Shown here: piece by piece, positions 49,209 to 58,512 of the stretch | Position numbering within the stretch: the stretch's first letter is position 1 | Layout of the letters: every line of letters begins with the position of its first letter | NCBI GenBank assembly: GCA_034189085.1 | Contig: JAXHVH010000004.1 | Span: 21,821-85,820 of the forward strand | Reading direction: 5' to 3' | DNA length: 64,000 nt | Source of the DNA: Bacillota bacterium | Lineage (GTDB): Bacteria > Bacillota > Dethiobacteria > DTU022 | The notes under the pieces: generated by a model | What the model was told of the DNA's origin: nothing | The model's database searches: none | Seen by the model: only the letters and a program-made list of their open reading frames with translations | Position numbers and translations under genes: made by a program

Positions 49209-49886
49209 ATGGAAGATGTCTATCGCCTTCGCGAGGTTAGTTTTAACGGGGTTTTAACCATACCGGCTTTAAATATACCGGGAGGTTCCCTTTTCCTGGT
49301 TTCCGGACCCAGCGGAAGCGGCAAAACCACCTTTCTCAAACTTTTAAACAACCTGATTGCCTGTGACCGGGGAGAAATACTTTATCGGGGACGGGATATC
49401 CTTTCCATTGATCCGGTCGAATTGAGAAGGAAAGCGGTAATGGTTTCCCAGTCGCCTTACATCTTTCCCGGGACAGTTTATGACAATATCCTGCTGGCAT
49501 TTAATTTTAACCGTAAAGAAATTGTTTCGCAAGAAAAGATAGAAAAGTTGCTTTCCCGTTTTGGCCTGGCCGGGTTCCTTCACCGGCAGACCGATAAACT
49601 TTCCGGGGGAGAAAAACAGCGATTAGGTCTGGTCCGGGCTCTGCTGCTGGAATCGGAAACTATTTTGCTTGATGAGCCGACAGCTGCTCTCGATGAAAAA
49701 AACAGCCGTAATGTTTATAACTACCTTAATAGCTGGGTGCAGGAAGACGGACGGAGTGTAATCATGGTTTCTCATGATGTCTCTGTGGCCGGCAATTATA
49801 CCGACGGGACAATGATCCTGGACAAGGGGCAGATAGTGGAACTAAGACAGGGGAGGGTTGCCCGTGAACGAACTGCAGTCGATTGA
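49209..49886 (+). CDS. ABC transporter ATP-binding protein (FetA/YbbL-like)
   Basis: Walker A GPSGSGKTT, signature LSGGEKQR, Walker B ILLDEP. Followed by a UPF0014 permease. Confidence 0.7.
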   Translation: MEDVYRLREVSFNGVLTIPALNIPGGSLFLVSGPSGSGKTTFLKLLNNLIACDRGEILYRGRDILSIDPVELRRKAVMVSQSPYIFPGTVYDNILLAFNFNRKEIVSQEKIEKLLSRFGLAGFLHRQTDKLSGGEKQRLGLVRALLLESETILLDEPTAALDEKNSRNVYNYLNSWVQEDGRSVIMVSHDVSVAGNYTDGTMILDKGQIVELRQGRVARERTAVD

Positions 49887-50652
49887 GATATGGCGCCTGG
49901 TTGCTTCTTATCTTTTCCTCGTTCTTGTCCTTCTAATGTCTCATTTTCTTAAATTGGGGCGGAGCAAGGAATTTTGGGTTGCTACCCTTAGGATGACTGT
50001 TCAGCTCGTTCTGGCCGGCTACCTTCTCGATCTGGTTTTCAGGCAACAGCATGTACTTGTTTCCCTCCTTGTTTTGTTTGCCATGCAGGGGTTTGCCCTG
50101 GTGACGATTTACGGCCGCCTGAAGGGGAAGATTGGTCCCCGCTTAAAAAAAATGCTTGCTCCGGCCCTTTTCGCTGGGACAACTCTGCCGCTGGCTTATT
50201 TTATGATTGTTGTTATTGCAGCAGACCCGTGGTATGCCCCGCGCTATTTTATTCCTATCGCCGGTATGACGGTCGGTAATTCAATGACCGGGATCACCCT
50301 GGGGACGGAACGCCTGGCCCAGGCTTTTCACAGTGGACGGGCGCGGATTGAAGAATCGCTTATGCTTGGTGCATCGCCGCGGGATGCAGCCGGGGATTAT
50401 TTAAGCGAGGCGTTTAATGCCGCCGTAATCCCCACCGTCAATTCCATGCTCGGTATGGGCATAATATTCCTGCCCGGAATGATGACCGGGCAGATCCTGG
50501 CCGGTGCATCGCCCCTGGATTCGATTAAATACCAGATCGTAATCATGATGGGAATTCTTGGCAGTGTAGGCTTAACTGTCTACCTGATCATCCAGCTCGG
50601 ATTTCGTTCTTTCTTCAATGATAGAGCCCAGCTGCTTGAAGAAGCGGATTGA
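49858..50652 (+). CDS. UPF0014/FetB-like ABC transporter permease (putative iron export)
   Basis: 264 aa polytopic protein whose overall pattern matches the YbbM/FetB family. Overlaps the ATPase gene. Confidence 0.6.
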   Translation: MPVNELQSIEIWRLVASYLFLVLVLLMSHFLKLGRSKEFWVATLRMTVQLVLAGYLLDLVFRQQHVLVSLLVLFAMQGFALVTIYGRLKGKIGPRLKKMLAPALFAGTTLPLAYFMIVVIAADPWYAPRYFIPIAGMTVGNSMTGITLGTERLAQAFHSGRARIEESLMLGASPRDAAGDYLSEAFNAAVIPTVNSMLGMGIIFLPGMMTGQILAGASPLDSIKYQIVIMMGILGSVGLTVYLIIQLGFRSFFNDRAQLLEEAD

Positions 50653-50683
50653 CAGAGGTCTATTTGTTTAAGGTTAATTTGTT

Positions 50684-51802
50684 TCAATCCGAACCGAGGA
50701 CCATGTGCATCTGCATAAAGCGCATCATATCAGTGCGGCTGAGCAGGCCGACGAGTTCCCCATCATCCATGACCAGGGCCCGGCCGGCATTGAGTGAAGC
50801 CATTTTCATCATCGCATCGGCGGCATCGGTGTCGGGGTGAAAAACCAGAGCTTCTTTCAACGGGGTCAGGATACGGGAAACTCTTGTTTCCGCCCACTTC
50901 TCGCGGGGGACTTCTTTCATGTTCTGCAGGGAGACGAGCCCATGGGTGGATGAACCGTAAACAACCGGAAAGGCGCCGTATTTATAAGTTAAAAAACACT
51001 CGGCAAGCTGTTCCAGGGAATCATCCGGCGATACAGTCTGCAGTTCTGTGCTCATCAGCTGAGATACTTTCATCCCGGCAAAAGTTTCTTTGAAAATAAG
51101 CTGGGAGTAACTGGACTGCCCGGCCTGGTAAATCATCCAGCCGATGAAGATAAGCCATAGACCCCAGAGGTCACCCTGGAAAAAGATAAGCATGAAACCG
51201 AAAGCCATGGCCACAAAGGAGATCACACTGCCAAGGCCGACAGCGATTCGCGTTGCCGAGAGGATATTCTTCCCGAAATACCAGACGATGGAGCGGAAAA
51301 GCCTTCCCCCATCCAGGGGGAAAGCGGGTATAAGATTAAATACGGCCATAATCAAATTGAGGCGGGCAATAAAATAAACTGTTTCTCCGATGATTTTTCC
51401 GGAAGGAAGGAGTAAATAATACAACGCTCCGGCGATGAGGGCGATCACCAGGCTTGTCAGGGGTCCGGCAGCAGTGACTTTAAATTCAGCGGCCGGGCTT
51501 TTCGGTTCCGATTCCATCTGGGCTACCCCGCCAAAGACAAAAAGGACTATTTTCTTGATGGGGATCCCTTCCCTGAGGGCAACCAGTGAATGGCCAACTT
51601 CATGGGTGAGGACAGAAACAAAGACAACCAGTGTGGTCAGGACGGCTGCCAGCCAGTAGACCGGTGATTCCAACCCTTCGACGACAGAGGGAAAATAACT
51701 CAGGGCCAGGGTGATACTGAATAGGAAAAAAATCAACAGCCAGCTGATATGGATCTCCACAGGGATTCCTTTGAGGTATATCAGTCGAAATGAATTATTC
51801 AT
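50684..51802 (-). CDS. Site-2 protease (M50) family zinc metalloprotease with CBS domain pair
   Basis: HEVGHSLVA (HExxH) lies in a TM helix, with LDG in a later TM. A C-terminal CBS pair is present. Confidence 0.8.
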   Translation of the reverse strand: MNNSFRLIYLKGIPVEIHISWLLIFFLFSITLALSYFPSVVEGLESPVYWLAAVLTTLVVFVSVLTHEVGHSLVALREGIPIKKIVLFVFGGVAQMESEPKSPAAEFKVTAAGPLTSLVIALIAGALYYLLLPSGKIIGETVYFIARLNLIMAVFNLIPAFPLDGGRLFRSIVWYFGKNILSATRIAVGLGSVISFVAMAFGFMLIFFQGDLWGLWLIFIGWMIYQAGQSSYSQLIFKETFAGMKVSQLMSTELQTVSPDDSLEQLAECFLTYKYGAFPVVYGSSTHGLVSLQNMKEVPREKWAETRVSRILTPLKEALVFHPDTDAADAMMKMASLNAGRALVMDDGELVGLLSRTDMMRFMQMHMVLGSD

Positions 51803-51912
51803 GTTTTTTGCCGCCTCCCGGGTATTGCTTATGGCATATGGTATTGGCTTAATTTTCCCCGATTCCTGCTCTGATTAACCAGAACCAGTGGAAAGTGGTG
51901 ATTTGAGTACAG

Positions 51913-52332
51913 ATGAAACCTCGCCAAACAGCATTATTCATCATCCTGGACTTAACTGTCCTTCTTGTGCTACTGCTTGTGCTGGCTTACTATGGCATGA
52001 GCCATCTGGCCATTACATTTTTAGGGTTTTTACTGCTGGTAATATGCCTCATCGATATGCACAACGGTATTTTCTCGGAAATGTTTTCTGCTTTTATCGG
52101 TTTTACGGAATCTGAAGAAAAAAGCAAATTAAGATGGTTGCCTGTTGCTCTTGCTTCACTGCTCCTGATTTTTAGCCTCCCGATTTTATTTGAACACGGC
52201 TGGATTAATCATGATCAACGGTGGGCCATGCAGCACGGGCAATTTTTGCGCCTGGCAGTCCCCGCCATTCTTGGCGGCCTGGCTGTTATGGGGGTGGCTG
52301 TTATGACAATCTTCAGGGGAATGAAAAAATAG
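51913..52332 (+). CDS. Hypothetical small membrane protein
   Basis: 139 aa with four hydrophobic segments. No recognisable motif. Confidence 0.4.
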   Translation: MKPRQTALFIILDLTVLLVLLLVLAYYGMSHLAITFLGFLLLVICLIDMHNGIFSEMFSAFIGFTESEEKSKLRWLPVALASLLLIFSLPILFEHGWINHDQRWAMQHGQFLRLAVPAILGGLAVMGVAVMTIFRGMKK

Positions 52333-52383
52333 AGGATGCCTTTCAATGCAGGGCCAGAGCAAAACGCCATCTTGCGAACCGGG

Positions 52384-53505
52384 TCATTGCTCGTCAAGTG
52401 TAATTTTAACTTCTTTTCTGACGGCTGGATCATTTTCGTGATGCAGTGCTTTTTCCAGATAAAAACGTGCTCTGGAGCCGCCAATCCGTCCCAGGGCCCA
52501 GGCGCTGTGGAGCCGGATCAGCGGACGGGAATCGTTCTCCAGCAGGCGGGCAAGTGGCTTTACCACCCGGGGATCGCCGCTGTTGCCCAGGGCGATCACA
52601 ACATTGCGCTGAAGAGTAGTTTTACCCCGCCACCCGGCCGATGTGAGCCCTATAGTAAGAGCATACTCTTTACCGGTCATCTCCAGCATCGGCAGGAGAA
52701 GCGGTTCAGCAGGGAAATAATTGAAAGCGAAGGCGGCGAAAGGTGATGCGGTTATCCCTTTGTTCAACGGGCAGGCATCCTGGCATTCATCGCAACCGTA
52801 GATACGGTTTCCCAGAAGCGGGCGCATCTCCCGGGGGAACACACCGGGTGCCTGGGTCATATAAGAAAGGCAGAGGCAGGGATTAATAATGAAAGGGGCT
52901 TGCAGGGCGCCGGTGGGACATGCTTCCCGGCATTTCTGACAATTTATACAGGTTTTTTTAGATGGTTTCCCCGTTTCAATTTCTTTATTCACCAGGATAG
53001 TTCCCAGGACGGTAAATGAGCCGTAAAGATCGGTAATCAGGGTGCAGTTGTCTCCGATGTGCCCGATGCCGGCCCTGAAAGCCAGTTCACGTTCTACGAG
53101 CGGGTTGCTGTCACAGAGGATGCGGTAATGGAAAGGATCCTCTGTTTTATCACTAATTATTCTGATGACTGCTTCAGCACGGTCTTTAACGATATAATGA
53201 TAGTCAATGCTCCGGGCACAGCGGGCAACCAGGCCTCGCGGTTGGTCGGAGTTTGCGGCTACAGGTTGCTCCGGTGCTGCATAAGGGATGGCGATTACAA
53301 TGATACTGCGGCAGTCGGGCAGCAGCTTTTCCGGAGAAATTCTGGCCCGGAGATTCTGCTCTTCAAAAGGGGTCACGCGTCCTTCTGCAGCCCTCTGCTG
53401 CAGTTTTTTTCGAAGGGAGTCAGGCTGGCGGGTATCGGCTGCCCCGATTCTTAATACCCCTGCTTTTGCACCTGCTTCTTTTAATTGTTTCTGGCTGATT
53501 GACAA
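52384..53505 (-). CDS. queG: Epoxyqueuosine reductase
   Basis: Two 4Fe-4S ferredoxin motifs (CINCQKCREACP; CDECQDACP) and a C-terminal HEAT-like repeat (ALGNSGDPR...). Confidence 0.8.
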   Translation of the reverse strand: MSISQKQLKEAGAKAGVLRIGAADTRQPDSLRKKLQQRAAEGRVTPFEEQNLRARISPEKLLPDCRSIIVIAIPYAAPEQPVAANSDQPRGLVARCARSIDYHYIVKDRAEAVIRIISDKTEDPFHYRILCDSNPLVERELAFRAGIGHIGDNCTLITDLYGSFTVLGTILVNKEIETGKPSKKTCINCQKCREACPTGALQAPFIINPCLCLSYMTQAPGVFPREMRPLLGNRIYGCDECQDACPLNKGITASPFAAFAFNYFPAEPLLLPMLEMTGKEYALTIGLTSAGWRGKTTLQRNVVIALGNSGDPRVVKPLARLLENDSRPLIRLHSAWALGRIGGSRARFYLEKALHHENDPAVRKEVKITLDEQ

Positions 53506-53750
53506 ATTTTTTCCGCCTTCCCGGTTTTTCGATACGGCTGGACACTGAACAAAATTCTTTAAGGTAATTGTATTCTCCTTTTTCTGTTCAGGTAGGTTTG
53601 TTTTGCCTGCATTTCTTTTTGAAATTAACTTTAGATTGTCTTGCTGCTCTATGATGGGTAGCTATTTCAGGAGTTGAAGGATTAAGAAGAAAGGGAAAGA
53701 ATATCTTTAAGGTACCCAAGTTATAGAAAAATAAACCGGGGGTAGCACTG

Positions 53751-53990
53751 ATGGCTGAAAAGTGGACGGTATTAATGGAAGCGACCAACGATATTGAGGC
53801 TGACATAATATGCGGTTTTTTAGAGGATAAAGGCATCCCAGCCCGTAAAGCGGACAGCAGCCCATACAGCGGAGCAATGAGGGTCATCGGGGGGTCGGCT
53901 TTAGAAGTGCAGGTTTTAGTGCCCCACAATTTTTTAGAACAGGCTGAAAGAGTCATTCGCGATTTTAATGAACCCGGAACAGATTCTTGA
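53751..53990 (+). CDS. DUF2007 domain protein
   Basis: 79 aa. IICGFLEDKGIPA...VLVP matches the DUF2007 pattern. Confidence 0.5.
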   Translation: MAEKWTVLMEATNDIEADIICGFLEDKGIPARKADSSPYSGAMRVIGGSALEVQVLVPHNFLEQAERVIRDFNEPGTDS

Positions 53991-54146
53991 AAATGAAAAG
54001 CCCTGCCGGGATGACCTGGCAGGGCTCGCCGGGCTGATGCATTTTACCCCTGGGAATAAATTGGACCTCAAAGGGTTACTGCTTCTTGTAAAAACGTATT
54101 TGCCGGTAACTGTAAAGGCAGCTGGCTGTACGAGGAGGTAAACTCA

Positions 54147-55133
54147 ATGCACATTCCGCCGGTAAAGAGGCCATATTTTTCTACAAACCCGCAGTGGGAG
54201 CTATTCTGGAAAATATTTTTATTTCTTCTGGTAGCAATTTGTGCCCTGATTCTCATTATCGCCTGGCCTCAGACTCGCAGCATTGAGTTGATCCGTTATC
54301 TTCAGGAATGGCGGAGGGGACCGCTTGAAGCTATATTCAGGATTTTTACCTTTCTTGGAGATGACCAGTTTTTTATGGGGTTTTTCAGTATTCTAATGTG
54401 GAATGTAAATAAAGAACTTGGTTTCTGGGGAGCTTTTGTATTGCTCAGTTCCGCTGCTTTCAGCAATCTGATCAAAGATTTAACGATGCTGGCTCGACCT
54501 TCCATAGAGGGCGTAATCCACCCGGCTGGTAGTTATGCTTTCCCCAGCGGCCATACTCTGACAGCGGTTACAGTGTGGGGTTACCTGGCCGTTCGTTTAA
54601 AAAGTAACTTTTGCCGAATCTGGGCTGTTGTGGCTGTGGTGATGATTGCCCTTTCCCGGATGGTTCTCGGTTATCATTTCCTGGGCGATATACTTGGCGG
54701 GCTTGCTTTGGGTGTTGTATTTTTGCTATTTTTTATCTGGATGAGCGGTTATCTTTATGAGAAAGGGTGGCTGGATAAATTTTCAGGCCCGCTATTGATA
54801 TCAATGGCGCTTGTACTGCCTGCTTTGCTGACTGCTGTTTTACCTGGAGTTGATCCGCCAAAAGTACTAGGTCTGCTGGCCGGTGCTTCCAGCGGTTATG
54901 TTATTGAAAAGGAAAAAGTACGCTCATCGGTTGAAGGTTTTTTCACTGCCCGGGTCTTGAAGGCCGTGATCGGCCTGGGGGTACTTTTTGGTTTGATCAT
55001 GGGCCTGAGTGGCTACCTGCCTTCATCGGTGCCCGCCCTTGGGTTTATCAGGTACGGTCTGGGAGGGCTCTGGGTCACTCTGGGGGCGCCGACCCTGTTT
55101 GTCGCTTTAAAACTGGCCCGGAGGAATATTTAA
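54147..55133 (+). CDS. PAP2-family phosphatase with extra C-terminal TM region
   Basis: PAP2 motifs KxxxxxxRP (KDLTMLARP), PSGH (FPSGHT) and SRxxxxxHxxxD (SRMVLGYHFLGD). Confidence 0.7.
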   Translation: MHIPPVKRPYFSTNPQWELFWKIFLFLLVAICALILIIAWPQTRSIELIRYLQEWRRGPLEAIFRIFTFLGDDQFFMGFFSILMWNVNKELGFWGAFVLLSSAAFSNLIKDLTMLARPSIEGVIHPAGSYAFPSGHTLTAVTVWGYLAVRLKSNFCRIWAVVAVVMIALSRMVLGYHFLGDILGGLALGVVFLLFFIWMSGYLYEKGWLDKFSGPLLISMALVLPALLTAVLPGVDPPKVLGLLAGASSGYVIEKEKVRSSVEGFFTARVLKAVIGLGVLFGLIMGLSGYLPSSVPALGFIRYGLGGLWVTLGAPTLFVALKLARRNI

Positions 55134-55240
55134 AAGATAGGCCGGATCCTCGCAATTGGCCATGAGATGAGCTATAATATAATTCGGTCTGCATTTATTA
55201 AAACCGTGAACGGGTTTGTTCTATTACGGAGGTGAAGGGA

Positions 55241-55429
55241 TTGTTTGGGAAAATCGGCGTATGGGAAATATTGTTAATCCTGATTGTGGCATTAATTATT
55301 TTTGGACCGGCTAAACTGCCCGAACTGGGAAAATCGATCGGCAATGGTTTAAGAGAATTTAAGAAAGCCACCCGGGAGCTCAAGGACACAATCAGCCTGG
55401 ATGACAATGATATTGATAAATCAAGCTGA
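55241..55429 (+). CDS. tatA: Twin-arginine translocase subunit TatA/E
   Basis: FGKIGVWEILLILIVALIIFGPAKLPELGKSIG. The TTG at 55241 lies 8 nt after GGAGG and is preferred over the GTG at 55232. Confidence 0.8.
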   Translation: MFGKIGVWEILLILIVALIIFGPAKLPELGKSIGNGLREFKKATRELKDTISLDDNDIDKSS

Positions 55430-55616
55430 TTATGCCTTGCTCTTAAGATATGTTTACGGGAGCTGCAGGATAAGATTTCGTCGTGAGTGAGCCGATCCTC
55501 CTTGGGTAAGATTTTAGTGAGTGATCTCGCTGCATTTACCGTGAATGTTATACTGTGTTACAATAATAATATGTGGTTTAAATAAATATCGTGATTTTAA
55601 GCTGGGAGGTTGGGAG

Positions 55617-55805
55617 ATGTTTGGTAAAATCGGACCATGGGAAATAGTCGCTATCCTGTTGATAGTTTTATTAATTTTCGGATCAAAGAAACTACCTGAA
55701 CTGGCAAAGGCAATTGGGAAAAGTGTGGTTGAACTAAAACAAGGTTTAAAGGGCACTTCCGGAACTGATGAAGCAGCCGGGTCTGATTCTGATCCCAAGG
55801 AATGA
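55617..55805 (+). CDS. tatA: Twin-arginine translocase subunit TatA/E (second paralog)
   Basis: MFGKIGPWEIVAILLIVLLIFGSKKLPELAKAIG. The ATG at 55617 follows a GGGAGGTTGGGAG RBS. The ORF-track start at 55545 is too long. Confidence 0.8.
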   Translation: MFGKIGPWEIVAILLIVLLIFGSKKLPELAKAIGKSVVELKQGLKGTSGTDEAAGSDSDPKE

Positions 55806-55915
55806 TATGTTAAGTGATTCTAAGCAAGTGCAGGAAGATGAAAGGGGGATCACGGGGCGGCGTCGGGTATGCCGGGAGGTATGCATAAAAATTGACCAGA
55901 AATAAGGACGGCACC

Positions 55916-56623
55916 ATGCCCGTAATCGAGCATCTTGCAGAGTTGCGCCTGCGCCTGATCATTTCGGCAGGCGTTTTGCTTGTCGCTGCTTTGTTCTGTT
56001 TTACCCGGATCGAATTGATCAGAAGTCTGCTGACATTACCCCTCGATGGCATCAAATTGATTTATCTTTCCCCGCCGGAAGCCTTCATGGCCAACCTGCG
56101 GCTTGCCCTGATCAGCGGAATTATTCTTTCCCTGCCGGTGTTAATTTATGAACTGGCAGCCTTTGTTTTCCCCGGGCTCTACCGGCATGAAAAAATATTT
56201 TTTGTTTTTGTTTTACTGGGGATTGTTGTCCTTTTTATCGGCGGAATTTTGTTTGCCTATTATGTGGTGTTCCCTTTTACCATTGATTTTTTTCTGCAGT
56301 TCGCTGCAGAGAGGTTGGCGCCCCGCTTTACGATCAGTGAATATATATCTTTCATCCTTTCGTTTCATTTTGCTTTCGGGGTGGTTTTTCAGCTGCCTTT
56401 GTTAACCTGGGCTCTGGGTAAATTTGGCCTGTTGACCAGCGCTTTTTTAAGGAGCTACCGCAAAATTGCCATCCTGATTATGCTGGCTCTGGCAGCGGCA
56501 ATTACTCCGCCTGATGTGATCTCGCAGCTGGCGATGGTTATACCGTTGTTATTGCTTTATGAAATGGGCATTGTGATGGTCATGATCAGTGAAAGGAAGA
56601 GGTTGAAACAGTCCGGGTCATAA
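55916..56623 (+). CDS. tatC: Twin-arginine translocase subunit TatC
   Basis: IEHLAELRLRLI begins a six-TM TatC. The first ATG at 55916 is preferred over the TTG at 55892. Confidence 0.85.
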   Translation: MPVIEHLAELRLRLIISAGVLLVAALFCFTRIELIRSLLTLPLDGIKLIYLSPPEAFMANLRLALISGIILSLPVLIYELAAFVFPGLYRHEKIFFVFVLLGIVVLFIGGILFAYYVVFPFTIDFFLQFAAERLAPRFTISEYISFILSFHFAFGVVFQLPLLTWALGKFGLLTSAFLRSYRKIAILIMLALAAAITPPDVISQLAMVIPLLLLYEMGIVMVMISERKRLKQSGS

Positions 56624-56650
56624 ACTGTGATCCCCCATCGATGAAGAGGT

Positions 56651-57313
56651 GTGAGCTTGAGCGAAATCAACATCCAGAGCAACATATGTTCCGGAACAGT
56701 TATCCTCGCCGGTGGAGACAGCAAGCGCCTTGGCCGGCCTAAAGCCCTCCTGGATTTTGACGGTACTTCGATGATCGAGCTTATTATTAAGATTCTTGAT
56801 CCCTTATTTGCCGAAATAATAGTCGTTACCGACCATCCTGAGTTATACAGTGACTTGCCGGTCCGGCTGGTGGGAGACCTGTTTACCGGTTGTGAAAAAA
56901 GTCCCCTGCGGGGAATCCATGCCGGCCTCAGAGCATCAAAATTGCCGTATCAATTTGTAGTTGCCTGCGATATGCCTTTCCTTAATCGCAGTCTGATCAG
57001 GTACATGGCGGGTTTTACTGCAGACTATGATGCGATTGTCCCGAAAATAGATTCGTATTTTCAACCATTGCATTCTTTTTACAAACGGTCATGTGCTGGT
57101 GCTATTGAGAAGCAGATCAAGCTGGGTAAATGCAAGGTCACCGATTTTTATGCTGATCTGCATATAAAATTTATCGGTCGCGAAGATATTGAGCGTTTTG
57201 ACCCTCACCAGGAATCTTTTATTAATATCAATACCTTTACCGACTATCAGAAAGCGTTGTTAAATTACCGCCGTAATAATGAAGAGCGGAAAATAATTAA
57301 TGGAGGCGAATGA
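56651..57313 (+). CDS. mobA: MobA-like NTP transferase (molybdenum cofactor guanylyltransferase-like)
   Basis: VILAGGDSKRLGRPKALL is the MobA N-terminal motif. About 220 aa. Confidence 0.65.
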   Translation: MSLSEINIQSNICSGTVILAGGDSKRLGRPKALLDFDGTSMIELIIKILDPLFAEIIVVTDHPELYSDLPVRLVGDLFTGCEKSPLRGIHAGLRASKLPYQFVVACDMPFLNRSLIRYMAGFTADYDAIVPKIDSYFQPLHSFYKRSCAGAIEKQIKLGKCKVTDFYADLHIKFIGREDIERFDPHQESFININTFTDYQKALLNYRRNNEERKIINGGE

Positions 57314-58485
57314 TGATGAACATGCCTGATTATATAGGACCGATGGCCTTCGGTTTGAAGATGGGGGTAATTCTGCCGGGAATGGATATTGTGGATAAGG
57401 TATACGAACGGCTGGCCGATTGTTACCGGGCCGGGCTCCTCAATAATGGGGATGTTGTTTGTATTACTGAATCAGTGGTGGCCCGTGCCCAAAATAATTA
57501 TATTACCATAGATGACATTGCCCGGGAAGTGAAGAACAAGCTGAAACTGCCTGACGCCGGGAAAATAGCTGTAATATTTCCCATTGCCAGCAGAAACCGC
57601 TTTTCCATGATTCTCAGGGGGATTGCCCGGGCTGTCCCGAGGGGAGAAGTCATTGTTCAGCTGTCGTTCCCAGATGATGAAGTAGGGAACCAGGTTGTGT
57701 CACCGGACTTTGTCCTCCAGATGAACAGGGATCCAATTACTCTTGAAGATATCGGAGACCGCAGTTTTAAGCATCCCGTTACCGGGGTTGATTACATCAA
57801 TCTGTACCGGTCAATCATTGAGGACGAAGGTGCAAAAGCTGTTATCCTGCTGTCCAACGATCCGCTGCAGGCTTTGCGGCATGGGCCCGATGGGGTCATT
57901 GCTGCCGATATTCATAAACGGGATAAAACATTGAAAACAATAACTGACTGGTTTGAAAATGCCTTGACCCTGGCTCAGCTCTGCAATGAAGGAGAATCGT
58001 ATTCGGAATGGGGTCTTCTGGGCAGCAATATGTCTGCGGGGGAGAGAATTAAACTGGCTCCACGTGAAGGGCAGACTGTTGTCGATGCACTGCAGGAAAA
58101 ATTATTGGCTGCCCTTGACCTCAAGGTTGAAGTGATGATCTACGGCGACGGAGCCTATCTTGATCCTTCCAGTGGAATTTATGAATTAGCCGATCCCCGG
58201 GCTGCTTTTGCGGCTACGGCAGGGTTGAATTGCGTAAGGGAAGGGCTGAAATATAAATATTTGGCTGACCAGTGTTACCATGAAGAAAATAAAACAGCCG
58301 AGGAAATCGAAGAAATCCTTCGCAGCAGTGTGGAGCGCAGATTAACAGAAGATTGCCTGGAAAAAGAAGGCACAACACCCAGGCGGATGGAAGACGTGCT
58401 GGCCAGCCTTGCTGATCTCGTCAGCGGATCAGCCGATGCCGGGACACCGGTAGTAGTTGTCAGGGGGTTTCTTAGACCGTCTTGA
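57310..58485 (+). CDS. CofE-like (F420-0:gamma-glutamyl ligase family) protein
   Basis: ITESVVARAQNN and the C-terminal GTTPRRMEDVLASLADLVSGSADAGTPVVVVRG resemble CofE/FbiB N-domain motifs. The ATGA overlap with the mobA-like gene suggests translational coupling. Confidence 0.45.
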   Translation: MMMNMPDYIGPMAFGLKMGVILPGMDIVDKVYERLADCYRAGLLNNGDVVCITESVVARAQNNYITIDDIAREVKNKLKLPDAGKIAVIFPIASRNRFSMILRGIARAVPRGEVIVQLSFPDDEVGNQVVSPDFVLQMNRDPITLEDIGDRSFKHPVTGVDYINLYRSIIEDEGAKAVILLSNDPLQALRHGPDGVIAADIHKRDKTLKTITDWFENALTLAQLCNEGESYSEWGLLGSNMSAGERIKLAPREGQTVVDALQEKLLAALDLKVEVMIYGDGAYLDPSSGIYELADPRAAFAATAGLNCVREGLKYKYLADQCYHEENKTAEEIEEILRSSVERRLTEDCLEKEGTTPRRMEDVLASLADLVSGSADAGTPVVVVRGFLRPS

Positions 58486-58512
58486 TGATCCTGGCTTTTT
58501 AGATCGTTTTAA

